44,255 nucleotides of DNA from a virus (taxonomy: Duplodnaviria > Caudoviricetes), in the IMG/VR virus record IMGVR_UViG_3300044491_000309, positions 1 to 44,255 of that record; one strand, written 5' to 3'. Both the position numbers and the translations under genes were made by a program. Shown one piece after another: positions 35,975 through 44,255 of this stretch. The notes under the pieces were generated by a model that was given only the letters and a program-made list of their open reading frames with translations, made no database searches and was not told the origin of the DNA. Within the stretch, counting starts at the first letter, position 1; each line of letters begins with the position of its first letter.

Positions 35975-37060
35975 TTATATGAATATAATCTTCTTTTTGT
36001 CAAAGAATTCTAATGCTTTGTTAAGCCATTTTTCTTCAACTTGTTCATTAGAAGATATGATATATATGTCTGCTTTCTTGTTAGGAGTGTTGTATTCCAT
36101 AGCCATACATCTATTAATCTTCTGTGCAAGGTTTTCTGCATTACTATCAAAGTAGTTTATAATCACCTTGTTTAGTGGTTTGTATGTGATTCCTGTATTA
36201 CCAATCTTCACAACAGCCATATGTGTACCCTCTCCTTCAGCAAATCTTTTAAACGCTTCTTTGTCTTTAGATTTACTGTGATGTGATGGTATACCTAAGC
36301 TATCAGATATCTTTGTAGTTCCACAAAATACAAGAACACGCTCATCCTTATAGTGCTGTAGCAGCTGTTTGGTTTTATTTAGCTTAGCTAAACTACTTTG
36401 GATGAGACGCATTCTTGCTAGCCTCATGAACATAGTGTTTCCACCACTGTACATCATTTTGTTTATAGTGGCACTTAGATATCTAAACTGTTGCAACTCT
36501 GTCTTCTTAATTTTCTTCTTTCCATATTCATTGCGAACAGTGTTATCTAGTGGCACCTTAATCACGGTTATCTGGTAGTCAACTATGACACCTTCTTCAA
36601 TAGCTTTCTCTATAGGATACTCAGCAACCACTTGAAGTCCTAGGTCTTCACTAAGTGTACGCTTTGTCCATTTAGATAGTGTACCTGTTAATCCAAGTAT
36701 GTTATCATTGATAGAGAATAAGTCTACACATGCACCTATTTGTGCTTCACTCAGTAGATGTATCTCATCAATTACCACTATGTCAAACTCTGTTCCTGTA
36801 TGTTTATGTATAGATAGATGTGTTGTATATGTGATGTTATCATTTTCATAGTTCATCTCCTCAAAGTCCTCTATCCAAGACTGTTTAATCTTGTTATCAG
36901 GATAGGCAATAAGAACACTACAATCAGATTTCATCTTCTTCAAGATGTTTATTGTAGTTCTTATCTTACCAAACCTGGGACATAGATTGAGGATACCAAA
37001 CTTTCCATGATTCCACCATACATTAGCAAATTCTGCTTGTCGTTTATCTCTTAATGTCAT
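35975..37060 (-). CDS. Superfamily 2 helicase
   Basis: PRFGK, DEIH, LTGT, Q.I.R motifs. Confidence 0.85.
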   Translation of the reverse strand: MTLRDKRQAEFANVWWNHGKFGILNLCPRFGKIRTTINILKKMKSDCSVLIAYPDNKIKQSWIEDFEEMNYENDNITYTTHLSIHKHTGTEFDIVVIDEIHLLSEAQIGACVDLFSINDNILGLTGTLSKWTKRTLSEDLGLQVVAEYPIEKAIEEGVIVDYQITVIKVPLDNTVRNEYGKKKIKKTELQQFRYLSATINKMMYSGGNTMFMRLARMRLIQSSLAKLNKTKQLLQHYKDERVLVFCGTTKISDSLGIPSHHSKSKDKEAFKRFAEGEGTHMAVVKIGNTGITYKPLNKVIINYFDSNAENLAQKINRCMAMEYNTPNKKADIYIISSNEQVEEKWLNKALEFFDKKKIIFI

Positions 37061-38121
37061 GATATAAAGAATGATTTGTTAACAACTGATTCATAGTCAC
37101 TATCTTTGATGTTCTTACGTCTAGGTAGTTCCTTGAACATACCAATCTGACCAAGAAATGCAAGACCAATTCTGATATCATCCTCACCATAAGAGTTCTT
37201 GATAAGGCGTAAGCTTCTAAAATACTTACCACCATACTCATCTCTTAGTTTGTTGAGGTTGTATCCTGATGGGTCTTCTACATTGTATCTCATAGGATCA
37301 AATAGAGCCATAACAATATCACTATCGTTCTGTGTGCTTGAGCTGTCTGCAAAATCCTCTAGCTGTGGTTCAACATCACCATTCTTTATCCTGATGGGAT
37401 TAGATATAGATCTGTTAAACTGACTAACTACAACAGGACTATGACCATAAAAGTCACGTGCATACCTGAGCTCATCACTCATCTTATCAATAGCTGCCTT
37501 CTTGTTTGGTTGGTCTCTAGTTGTCTTAAGCAAACCAATATGATCCAACACTACAAGAGTTATCTCATTAGGGTTGTTTGGAACATATCTCTTGTTATAT
37601 TCATCTTCCTGAACAATCTCACCACGCTCTAATGCATATGCTTTGAGCTCTTTAGCAATACCTACAGGGTTCTCAGGACCATCAATGATAGTTACAAGCT
37701 CTGATAACTCATTCATGTAGTCTTCATACATCAAGAATAAGTCATGTTCATCTTTGTTCATTCTGTCTGTCCAGCCCAATAGTTTGTTAACAGGTATTAT
37801 TATACCCTGATCTAAAAATATCTTACGTGCTGTCCATTTAGCAAACTTGTATGTTCTACTACGCTCCATAGATCTATACCATACTCTCACCTTAATACCT
37901 GAGGCCCTACCCTCTTCAGATAGAGCCCAATCTACAGGATTAAGAACAAATGCATCATCAATAAAGCTAGTCTTACCTGAGCCTGTTAGACCACCAACAA
38001 GATAGTACATAGACTTTCTAATGCCTATATATCTGTTGAGTCTATCAAAACCCATAGGTATACCACCACTGCGTCCTTCAATACCTTTCTGTACCTCTTC
38101 TTTTAATAGTTTAAATCCCAT
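37057..38121 (-). CDS. dnaB: Replicative DNA helicase (DnaB-like)
   Basis: GLTGSGKTS, SME, LDHIGL, SQFNR, KNSYG. Confidence 0.85.
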   Translation of the reverse strand: MGFKLLKEEVQKGIEGRSGGIPMGFDRLNRYIGIRKSMYYLVGGLTGSGKTSFIDDAFVLNPVDWALSEEGRASGIKVRVWYRSMERSRTYKFAKWTARKIFLDQGIIIPVNKLLGWTDRMNKDEHDLFLMYEDYMNELSELVTIIDGPENPVGIAKELKAYALERGEIVQEDEYNKRYVPNNPNEITLVVLDHIGLLKTTRDQPNKKAAIDKMSDELRYARDFYGHSPVVVSQFNRSISNPIRIKNGDVEPQLEDFADSSSTQNDSDIVMALFDPMRYNVEDPSGYNLNKLRDEYGGKYFRSLRLIKNSYGEDDIRIGLAFLGQIGMFKELPRRKNIKDSDYESVVNKSFFIS

Positions 38122-38416
38122 CTTTTATTTTATATAGATTATAAGTTGTGAAGATCTCTTCTCCTTTTTGTATAAAACGTTTAGTCGTCAAAAGTAAATT
38201 ATTATTTACTTTTAATAGCTTTGCGTTAGCGTTATCACTATGATTTATAAAGCCTCCAAGTGGTGTCCTTATGTAATTATTTTCAAAGTCTTCATTATAC
38301 ACATGTGATATTCCTAAGGTTATACCCTTAACTATATCTTGTTTAGCAAACAGACCTAATCCGTGTACTTTAGATTCTTTGATAGTTAAAGACTCAGGTA
38401 GTGGTTTATAACTCAT
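38111..38416 (-). CDS. Minimal SET-domain protein (putative lysine methyltransferase)
   Basis: S.VHGLGLFA...I.KG, FINHS..AN, I.KGEEI...Y. Confidence 0.85.
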   Translation of the reverse strand: MSYKPLPESLTIKESKVHGLGLFAKQDIVKGITLGISHVYNEDFENNYIRTPLGGFINHSDNANAKLLKVNNNLLLTTKRFIQKGEEIFTTYNLYKIKDGI

Positions 38417-38417
38417 A

Positions 38418-38537
38418 TTAATATCTTAAGTTGTGAAAGTCATCATCACCGTTATCTTCTGGCCAGATAAACTCACCTAACCATAACATCAATCTTGCTA
38501 CTACTATCCATAGTATTATGCTAAATATTATCTTCAT
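38418..38537 (-). CDS. 39-aa membrane peptide; not in the ORF track
   Basis: Reads MKIIFSIILWIVVARLMLWLGEFIWPEDNGDDDFHNLRY*. Confidence 0.55.
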   Translation of the reverse strand: MKIIFSIILWIVVARLMLWLGEFIWPEDNGDDDFHNLRY

Positions 38538-38664
38538 GTCTATAATTTTTATCGTTTGCTATTCTTTTTAGTTTTTCAAAAGCATCATTCATCTGTCTAT
38601 TATCTGAGTAATATTGATTCTTGATCTTTCTCATCCAATTATTAAATTCTATTGTATTTTCCAT
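38521..38664 (-). CDS. 47-aa hypothetical protein; not in the ORF track
   Basis: Reads MENTIEFNNWMRKIKNQYYSDNRQMNDAFEKLKRIANDKNYRHEDNI*. Confidence 0.55.
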   Translation of the reverse strand: MENTIEFNNWMRKIKNQYYSDNRQMNDAFEKLKRIANDKNYRHEDNI

Positions 38665-38667
38665 AAT

Positions 38668-39300
38668 TTATATGTCTACAGGACCTCCAGATGGTGAAGT
38701 GTCTTGTACATTATTGTCTTTATTCTGCTCTAAGAGCTCTATAAAGCTTTCAAATGTACGTTGATTCAAATAGGGAATAGAACCTTGCATAAAGCTCATT
38801 ATATTCTTTCTCTCTCGCATTGAGCGTTCCACCTTTTGGTTAACCTCATACTTAAGAGCATCTATTAGCTGTTGTGCAGTGTATTCTCCCTCCTCTATTA
38901 TTGCCTTAAACTTCCTTCTACATTCTTCTTTACCTCTACGTAATGATCTAGTTCCTTTGAACGTCTTACCATTGTTAGTAAAAGAATCTGTAGGTGGATA
39001 GTTCTTCCACCACTCCTCAAAGTCTGTTGTTACTGGTTTTCGTTTTATTATTTTAGTGCTACTCTTGTCATCTACAAACTTAAGTAAATCCTTACCTACA
39101 GTTGTTAGTTTCTCTTCATCTTTGGTTATAAGTCCTTTTCTAATTAAGCCGTCATAAAGAGCACCAATCTTCATACTCTCCTGATACAGAGGTTGTATGT
39201 CATAGCGCTCTTCGACTAGCTTTAGTAAATATATTAGATCGAGGTTATAACCCTTTTTGATGAGTTCTTTGAACACTTGAGGAGTTATGTGCATTCTCAT
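38668..39300 (-). CDS. Putative replication initiator/helicase-loader-like protein
   Basis: N-terminal winged-helix-like part, FEEWWKNYP and YLNQRTFE motifs, upstream of the helicase. Confidence 0.5.
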   Translation of the reverse strand: MRMHITPQVFKELIKKGYNLDLIYLLKLVEERYDIQPLYQESMKIGALYDGLIRKGLITKDEEKLTTVGKDLLKFVDDKSSTKIIKRKPVTTDFEEWWKNYPPTDSFTNNGKTFKGTRSLRRGKEECRRKFKAIIEEGEYTAQQLIDALKYEVNQKVERSMRERKNIMSFMQGSIPYLNQRTFESFIELLEQNKDNNVQDTSPSGGPVDI

Positions 39301-39469
39301 CTTTTATTGGTTTTTCTACGATTATAACTGCTGGTTGCTTACTTTTCTTCTGCTGTTCATGTTCCCACTCTTGCCATTCGAGCTCCATTCTATAATTTCG
39401 CTCTCCTTCATACATCTTATCATTAGCATAAGCTGCGTGCTCCCAGTCTTCATTGATTAACTTGCTCAT
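39245..39469 (-). CDS. Hypothetical protein
   Basis: 74-aa ORF coupled by TAATG. Confidence 0.6.
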   Translation of the reverse strand: MSKLINEDWEHAAYANDKMYEGERNYRMELEWQEWEHEQQKKSKQPAVIIVEKPIKDENAHNSSSVQRTHQKGL

Positions 39470-39720
39470 TACTTCTTGGTTTTAGGTTTGTTTTTGCTCC
39501 CTTTTGGTCTACCTCTCTTACGTTTAGGTGCTACTCCACCTTCCCATGCTTCATTTACATTAGGTGTAGATGGGTCATCAGCAACAAACTTACCTTTTTT
39601 GCGTGCTCTTTTTGGTGGTTCTTCTGGCAGTTCTTCACTATCAAAGAAGACAGCATATACTGTGTAACATAATCCTAGTAGCAAAGCTACAATTGTAAAT
39701 AATAATACTTCGTTGTTCAT
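39469..39720 (-). CDS. Membrane-anchored protein with AT-hook
   Basis: N-terminal TM helix, ADDPSTPNVNEAW, KRKRGRPKGSKNK. Confidence 0.65.
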   Translation of the reverse strand: MNNEVLLFTIVALLLGLCYTVYAVFFDSEELPEEPPKRARKKGKFVADDPSTPNVNEAWEGGVAPKRKRGRPKGSKNKPKTKK

Positions 39721-39737
39721 AATTTAAAATTTAATTG

Positions 39738-40001
39738 TTAATTTTTAATTCTTAGTCCAAAGTGTTCATGGAACCATTGGAACGTTTCTTTTGCTTTATT
39801 GGTGTTAAACTTAAACACCTTCTTTAATGTTCTTATAGCATATCTCTTGAATTCTTCATGCTGTTCTGATGTCATAGTCCAGTTGAAATACCACTTATCA
39901 TCATCAAGTGTATCTACCAGTCTCTTGTTCACTATGTCAAGCTGATATTCAATAAGATGCCTCATTATATTACCTCTATTTACTTTTGCTCTTCTTTTCA
40001 T
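39738..40001 (-). CDS. Hypothetical protein
   Basis: 87-aa ORF after polB. Confidence 0.7.
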   Translation of the reverse strand: MKRRAKVNRGNIMRHLIEYQLDIVNKRLVDTLDDDKWYFNWTMTSEQHEEFKRYAIRTLKKVFKFNTNKAKETFQWFHEHFGLRIKN

Positions 40002-40003
40002 AT

Positions 40004-41965
40004 TTATCCAAATAGATTTAACTGATTAGGTATTACAATTGTTCTCTTACGTTTACCATTAGTCAGTATTTTGGCTATCATGCTCTCAGCTTTATCAATA
40101 TAATAGTTGTAATTTACATTATCAACAGGTGAATTAGGTGGTAGAGTGTTACATACATAACACTTCCACTCACCAGCTTCCACTTGACTTCTCTTAGCAG
40201 CTTTACTTTGAGAGTCTTTGTTCTTCACTTTGTAAACCTTCTCACCATTGTTACCTACGTAATATCTGATGAGCTTGTTATACTTTGTAATTACATTGTC
40301 CTTATCTACACCCTCATAGTGAAAGTCTTTAGAAGCTTTCTTTCTGATACAGAAGTCATAGAGGTTCTTATGATTTATAATAGTATCCTTGACAGGTGTA
40401 CCATTTACATAGTATTGCTCTAAAGCTATAGGCACCACTCTTGCAGACTTGTTCTTATGTAGTTCAAAGTCTGTTAGAAAGTCACCCTTCTTCTTCACAT
40501 AACCATCAGGCATAATGGCAATATAATCATTAACTGTTGAAAAGATAATTTTCTTATAGTCCGTTCTTTCCAAAATGTATTGTGTTAGCTCGGACCACCA
40601 CTCATTTATCTCATGCATCTTAGGAATCAAGTCTTTTCTCACCTTAATCGTTACACCATCTGTATTAGCAGAGATCACATGTATACCATTCAATTCATAT
40701 TTCTCAATAAGCATCATCAAACTAAGCTCACCAGTTATAGTGGTGAACATAGTTAGTTGCCTATCGTATATCCATGAAAGCATATCAGATGATTTACCGT
40801 ATACAGAATTAACTGCAAGTTTAAGGGCCCCTACGATTCCTTTGATCTTTCTGTCTGTTTTTGCTTGTGGTTTAAGCTCTAGTCTTTTCTCAAACATTTG
40901 CTTATACCCCTGTAAAAACTCTTTACCTAAATGAGCAGGAAACCTACCATTAGTAATAATAATAGCAGGATAATAGCTAGCCACATCCCAGTCAATAATT
41001 TCATACTCTTCGTCTTCTTCAAACACTTCAGGTTTATTTTCAGTGTGGAGACCACCCTTCATGAATGAATAGACATTATCGTAAAAATGTATATGTTCTT
41101 TGAAATCATCTTGCAACCCTAGTTTGCGTCTCTTGATATTTTGGAGGAACTGTTGCAGCTGTTCAGTTTCAAATTGGACATAGTCTGCTATACAATTTTT
41201 GAGTAGTATAGTTTTTCTGAAATAACCTTTTCTTGGAAGCTCACGCACATCTATCCCCTTCTCCTGGCAATAATACTTCTTGATTATCTCATCCCCTATT
41301 TTACTATCTGAATAGTTAAGACAAGGTATACCAAACTCCTCTTCAATATCTCTCCTCAATTGAATTTGGTCGTTACCCTTGTACAATGGGTGATCTGTGT
41401 CACCTAGGGTTATTTTATAAAACTCATACGTTGCATCAACATCGTTAAAACAATACTGCAATGAAAGGAACACCTCATCCTTAGTCATATCTGTTTTAGT
41501 GTGATGTATAGGCATCTCTTCGATGTTCTCTAAGTCCATCTCAAACTCCAGTCTCTTAAGACTCACTCTACGATTCTTGTTATCATAATGGTGTATTTTG
41601 AACAAATCTATTTGCTTTAAGGAAAGTTCCCACTCTCTATACTCAGGAAACACTTCGTAATTCGCATCATGAATTACATCAGCTGCTTTCTGTGCAATCT
41701 TAGCACAGATTTCTAATCCAGAGAGATGATGCCAGTGCTCATAGTTTCTAAGTATCCACTCAACCACTTGAGCATCAAAGCGTAAGTTATTATAACCTAC
41801 CCAATATGCATCCTTATGTGTGTCTGTATACTTAACAAAGGCATCCAACTGATTCTGCCATTTACTTACAGTGAAGCTTCTAGGTGTCTTCTCAGGTTCC
41901 ATACATACTACAATGAAGCATTCCTGCATTGTTTCTATGTCATATATAATTACATTATCAGTCAT
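40004..41965 (-). CDS. polB: DNA polymerase family B with 3'-5' exonuclease
   Basis: YDIET, YNN..FD, YC.ND, DVASYYP, KLAVNSVYGK, NTDG. Confidence 0.92.
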   Translation of the reverse strand: MTDNVIIYDIETMQECFIVVCMEPEKTPRSFTVSKWQNQLDAFVKYTDTHKDAYWVGYNNLRFDAQVVEWILRNYEHWHHLSGLEICAKIAQKAADVIHDANYEVFPEYREWELSLKQIDLFKIHHYDNKNRRVSLKRLEFEMDLENIEEMPIHHTKTDMTKDEVFLSLQYCFNDVDATYEFYKITLGDTDHPLYKGNDQIQLRRDIEEEFGIPCLNYSDSKIGDEIIKKYYCQEKGIDVRELPRKGYFRKTILLKNCIADYVQFETEQLQQFLQNIKRRKLGLQDDFKEHIHFYDNVYSFMKGGLHTENKPEVFEEDEEYEIIDWDVASYYPAIIITNGRFPAHLGKEFLQGYKQMFEKRLELKPQAKTDRKIKGIVGALKLAVNSVYGKSSDMLSWIYDRQLTMFTTITGELSLMMLIEKYELNGIHVISANTDGVTIKVRKDLIPKMHEINEWWSELTQYILERTDYKKIIFSTVNDYIAIMPDGYVKKKGDFLTDFELHKNKSARVVPIALEQYYVNGTPVKDTIINHKNLYDFCIRKKASKDFHYEGVDKDNVITKYNKLIRYYVGNNGEKVYKVKNKDSQSKAAKRSQVEAGEWKCYVCNTLPPNSPVDNVNYNYYIDKAESMIAKILTNGKRKRTIVIPNQLNLFG

Positions 41966-41967
41966 AT

Positions 41968-42159
41968 TTATTCTTCTTTATGTTCTTTCCAATCTAGCCA
42001 TAAGGCTATTAATACAATAATATTCATCCCAAAAGATGCTATAAGTTCATGCAAATCTTTATAGACGTTAGTTGATAGGTGAATGTGCCCAACCATCCAG
42101 AATGGTACCGCAAGGTTGGACCCTATCCATCTAATTAGAAATGTTATAAACTTACCCAT
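41968..42159 (-). CDS. Small membrane protein
   Basis: Two hydrophobic segments. Confidence 0.6.
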   Translation of the reverse strand: MGKFITFLIRWIGSNLAVPFWMVGHIHLSTNVYKDLHELIASFGMNIIVLIALWLDWKEHKEE

Positions 42160-42178
42160 AAAATAACAAGAGAGATTA

Positions 42179-42216
42179 CAAAGATAGTTAATCCTTTATA
42201 TTTTTACAAGGATTAA
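42179..42216 (-). promoter_or_regulatory. Promoter (CTTG-N20-TATCTTTG) overlapped by a 9-bp inverted repeat
   Basis: caaagata at 42179-42186; ttaatcctt (42188-42196) / aaggattaa (42208-42216). Confidence 0.6.
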
Positions 42217-42563
42217 TTATAGTAATATCTCACGTGGTCATTATACATAACCACTTTAGTTGGTTGTTTCAACATATCTAACACGTTAACCATGTCACCT
42301 GTGAGTGTTACTCCTTCATTTGTCTTTGTAACATTAGCTAAGGTGGTAGTTTTGGGACTACGCTTAGTATACTTACGCTTTGTTTTAGCTACGTTATTAA
42401 GCTTTTGGTAAATATTACGAGTTGGTATACCCCATTCATTAGAAAAGCGCTTAGCAATCACTAAACGAGGTTCTTCTGTCTTTAGAGCATTACGTAACTC
42501 ATTCACTTGCTTTTTTGTATAACGTGTATACTTTCTTGTTTTTGATTCAGTTAAATTTTCCAT
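42213..42563 (-). CDS. Basic, possibly HTH DNA-binding protein
   Basis: Likely start MENLTESK at 42563; helical IAKRFSNEWGIP.RNIYQKL, duplicated RKYT. Confidence 0.55.
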   Translation of the reverse strand: MENLTESKTRKYTRYTKKQVNELRNALKTEEPRLVIAKRFSNEWGIPTRNIYQKLNNVAKTKRKYTKRSPKTTTLANVTKTNEGVTLTGDMVNVLDMLKQPTKVVMYNDHVRYYYN

Positions 42564-42586
42564 GTTTAAAATTAAATTATTAGTTA

Positions 42587-43156
42587 TTAATGTATCTCGA
42601 AGCCTCCACACTCCTTTAGGAAGTTAATCCAATTATTTATAAGCCAAACTGGTGATGAATGTGATGGTTTATATATTTTACCATCCTCTCCAACCACTTG
42701 TGTGAACTTTACAGCTCCAAGAGGCCAGTCTTTGTTTAGAGATTCTTGTATGTCTTCATCAACAAACTGACCATCTCTAGTAGACCAAGAACCAAGATTA
42801 ATGTAGATTACATCATCTTCATGTTCTAAGTCTGCATCTTGTGCTATAAGGTGTTCCAATGCGTTAGCAAGCTGAAGACACTCAAAACCATCTTCTAACC
42901 CACCACCACTGTTTTCATGCCACAAGTCTGTGTTATAATCTAGTCCTGCATTCTGCATTGCTACCTCTGATAGGTAAACAATAGGCCTCCATCCCCACCA
43001 GTTGCTTCTGAAATAGTATCCAGGATTATCATCCTCAAACTTTTCTAGTTCATCAAAATACTCTCTCTTCTCTTCTTCTGTTTCCAGCTCAGCCCATTCT
43101 TTTTCAGGCTTTGCATATCTGAGCTTAGGCGCTCTACCATAAATGTCTACTCCCAT
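42587..43156 (-). CDS. Hypothetical acidic phage protein
   Basis: MGVDIY..., YFRSNWWGWRP, FL.ECGGFEI. Confidence 0.75.
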   Translation of the reverse strand: MGVDIYGRAPKLRYAKPEKEWAELETEEEKREYFDELEKFEDDNPGYYFRSNWWGWRPIVYLSEVAMQNAGLDYNTDLWHENSGGGLEDGFECLQLANALEHLIAQDADLEHEDDVIYINLGSWSTRDGQFVDEDIQESLNKDWPLGAVKFTQVVGEDGKIYKPSHSSPVWLINNWINFLKECGGFEIH

Positions 43157-43159
43157 AAT

Positions 43160-43261
43160 TTATTCTTCTTCGTTATAAAAATCTGCATGCTCTTTACAAT
43201 CTGAGCATATGTCTGTTTCACCCCACCTTGAAGCTCCACAGCAATTACTGAATTCCTCCAT
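43160..43261 (-). CDS. 33-aa Cys-rich peptide; not in the ORF track
   Basis: Reads MEEFSNCCGASRWGETDICSDCKEHADFYNEEE*. Confidence 0.6.
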   Translation of the reverse strand: MEEFSNCCGASRWGETDICSDCKEHADFYNEEE

Positions 43262-43311
43262 AATGTTTATTTAATTATACAAATTGTACGTATTTTGTAC
43301 AATATATGACA

Positions 43312-43824
43312 CTATTCTTCTTCTAAATCATCTGGGTCATCGATAGTTGTATTATCGAAACCTTCTTCTAAATATAGTTCTTCTGCATCCTCATCATCAG
43401 TTAAGAATCTAAGAATCACTAAGTTATCTTCGTATACAGGATCTACAATCCCTCTCTCTAGTTCATCTTCGTTAACAAAGATTTCTAGTAGTCCATCAAA
43501 CTCTTGCATGATGAAGTTCATTTCAGTTATTGTGAATGGTATTAGTTCTTCTGAACGTTTACCTGGATCAAACCAACCTATTTCATCTGGTATAGCAGCT
43601 ATTCTGCCATCATCTGTAATAAGCCATGGTTGAACAGGAAACCCACATTCAAACACCATCATATCATAACTTACTTGTTTATGTATACCCTCTTCTTTGA
43701 GAGCCCACACTTCTACTTGTTCCTTCTCTTCATTCCCAGGATTTAGCTCGTTCATAAATAACATTCCCTCTTCTAACTCCTTAGGATTGTAGTGACGGAA
43801 TACTAATTCACAAGCTATCCACAT
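43312..43824 (-). CDS. Hypothetical acidic protein
   Basis: Likely start MWIACELV at 43824. Confidence 0.7.
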   Translation of the reverse strand: MWIACELVFRHYNPKELEEGMLFMNELNPGNEEKEQVEVWALKEEGIHKQVSYDMMVFECGFPVQPWLITDDGRIAAIPDEIGWFDPGKRSEELIPFTITEMNFIMQEFDGLLEIFVNEDELERGIVDPVYEDNLVILRFLTDDEDAEELYLEEGFDNTTIDDPDDLEEE

Positions 43825-43825
43825 A

Positions 43826-43999
43826 TCACACAAATATTATACTGCTACCACGTTTATTGAATCCTGTACCACAATGGTCACATGATCCTTCATTAGTAGA
43901 GTAGTTAAACTTAATTCCACCTTTCATACAAGATGGACATAATACAAATGGCTGACTGTTGCTAGCCATCTCTTCTGGTAATTCTTTTATTCCTTCCAT
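43826..43999 (-). CDS. 57-aa zinc-ribbon protein; not in the ORF track
   Basis: MEGIKEL...CPSC...CDHCG...IIFV*. Confidence 0.65.
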   Translation of the reverse strand: MEGIKELPEEMASNSQPFVLCPSCMKGGIKFNYSTNEGSCDHCGTGFNKRGSSIIFV

Positions 44000-44011
44000 T
44001 TTCTTTTTTAT

Positions 44012-44245
44012 TTATAATAAATTTACTTCCACCCAACCTTTCTCAGAGTGATTTGCATCTGCAATATAACCATCATCTTTTAGTTGTTGTTCTAGTTCTA
44101 GAGCTGCTTCCCACAATCCTGGTTCAGGAATCTCATCATGTTCATCATCATAATAAACATCACCACGACACTGATAGAATCTATCATCTGGTCCTTGGTC
44201 TACAAACTCAAACTCATAACCTTTTACTCTTCTGTAACTTTCCAT
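44012..44245 (-). CDS. Hypothetical acidic protein
   Basis: 77-aa ORF. Confidence 0.65.
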   Translation of the reverse strand: MESYRRVKGYEFEFVDQGPDDRFYQCRGDVYYDDEHDEIPEPGLWEAALELEQQLKDDGYIADANHSEKGWVEVNLL

Positions 44246-44255
44246 GATATTATTT

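Noticed and set aside
19086-41965. Introns or inteins in recA, nrdA, dnaB, primase or polB
   Set aside because: All are continuous and of compact length, with no intein termini seen.
909-44247. Many opposite-strand ORFs in the track (e.g. 1125..1517, 9256..9624, 22653..23045, 27461..27940, 40575..40934)
   Set aside because: They are antisense shadows of well-supported genes and have no recognisable motifs.
1-44255. Stop-codon reassignment as in some crAss-like phages
   Set aside because: Core genes are intact in the standard code, and TAA, TAG and TGA all end genes at sensible positions.

Overview
This is a segment of an AT-rich lytic phage genome, most likely crAss-like (Crassvirales-related) and infecting a Bacteroidota/flavobacterial host. 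The host call rests on repeated TTTG-N19/20-TAnnTTTG promoters, AT-rich leaders without Shine-Dalgarno sites, a Gln-starting secreted protein and a flavobacterial-type RNR. The left arm (+ strand, 1-15848) holds the end of a giant virion protein, tail-fibre/adhesin genes, a 7-gene lysis cassette, a ferritin-like gene and small Lys/Arg-rich proteins. The right arm (- strand, 15859-44255) is replication and nucleotide metabolism: PolB, DnaB-like and SF2 helicases, primase, RecA, class Id-like NrdAB, thioredoxin, UNG, rIIA/rIIB and GroES. The best candidate for an undescribed system is virion protein O-glycosylation, with about 7 glycosyltransferase domains in 5 genes. These include a TibC/Aah-type heptosyltransferase domain beside a Ser/Thr-rich tail fibre and a plant SERGT1/HPAT-like enzyme flanked by two poly-Thr-tailed peptides. 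Other candidates are an ~85-nt sRNA complementary to the rIIA start region, a spanin that may be beta-barrel anchored, and a SET-domain enzyme alongside histone-like proteins. All family calls come from recognising motifs by eye; no searches were run.
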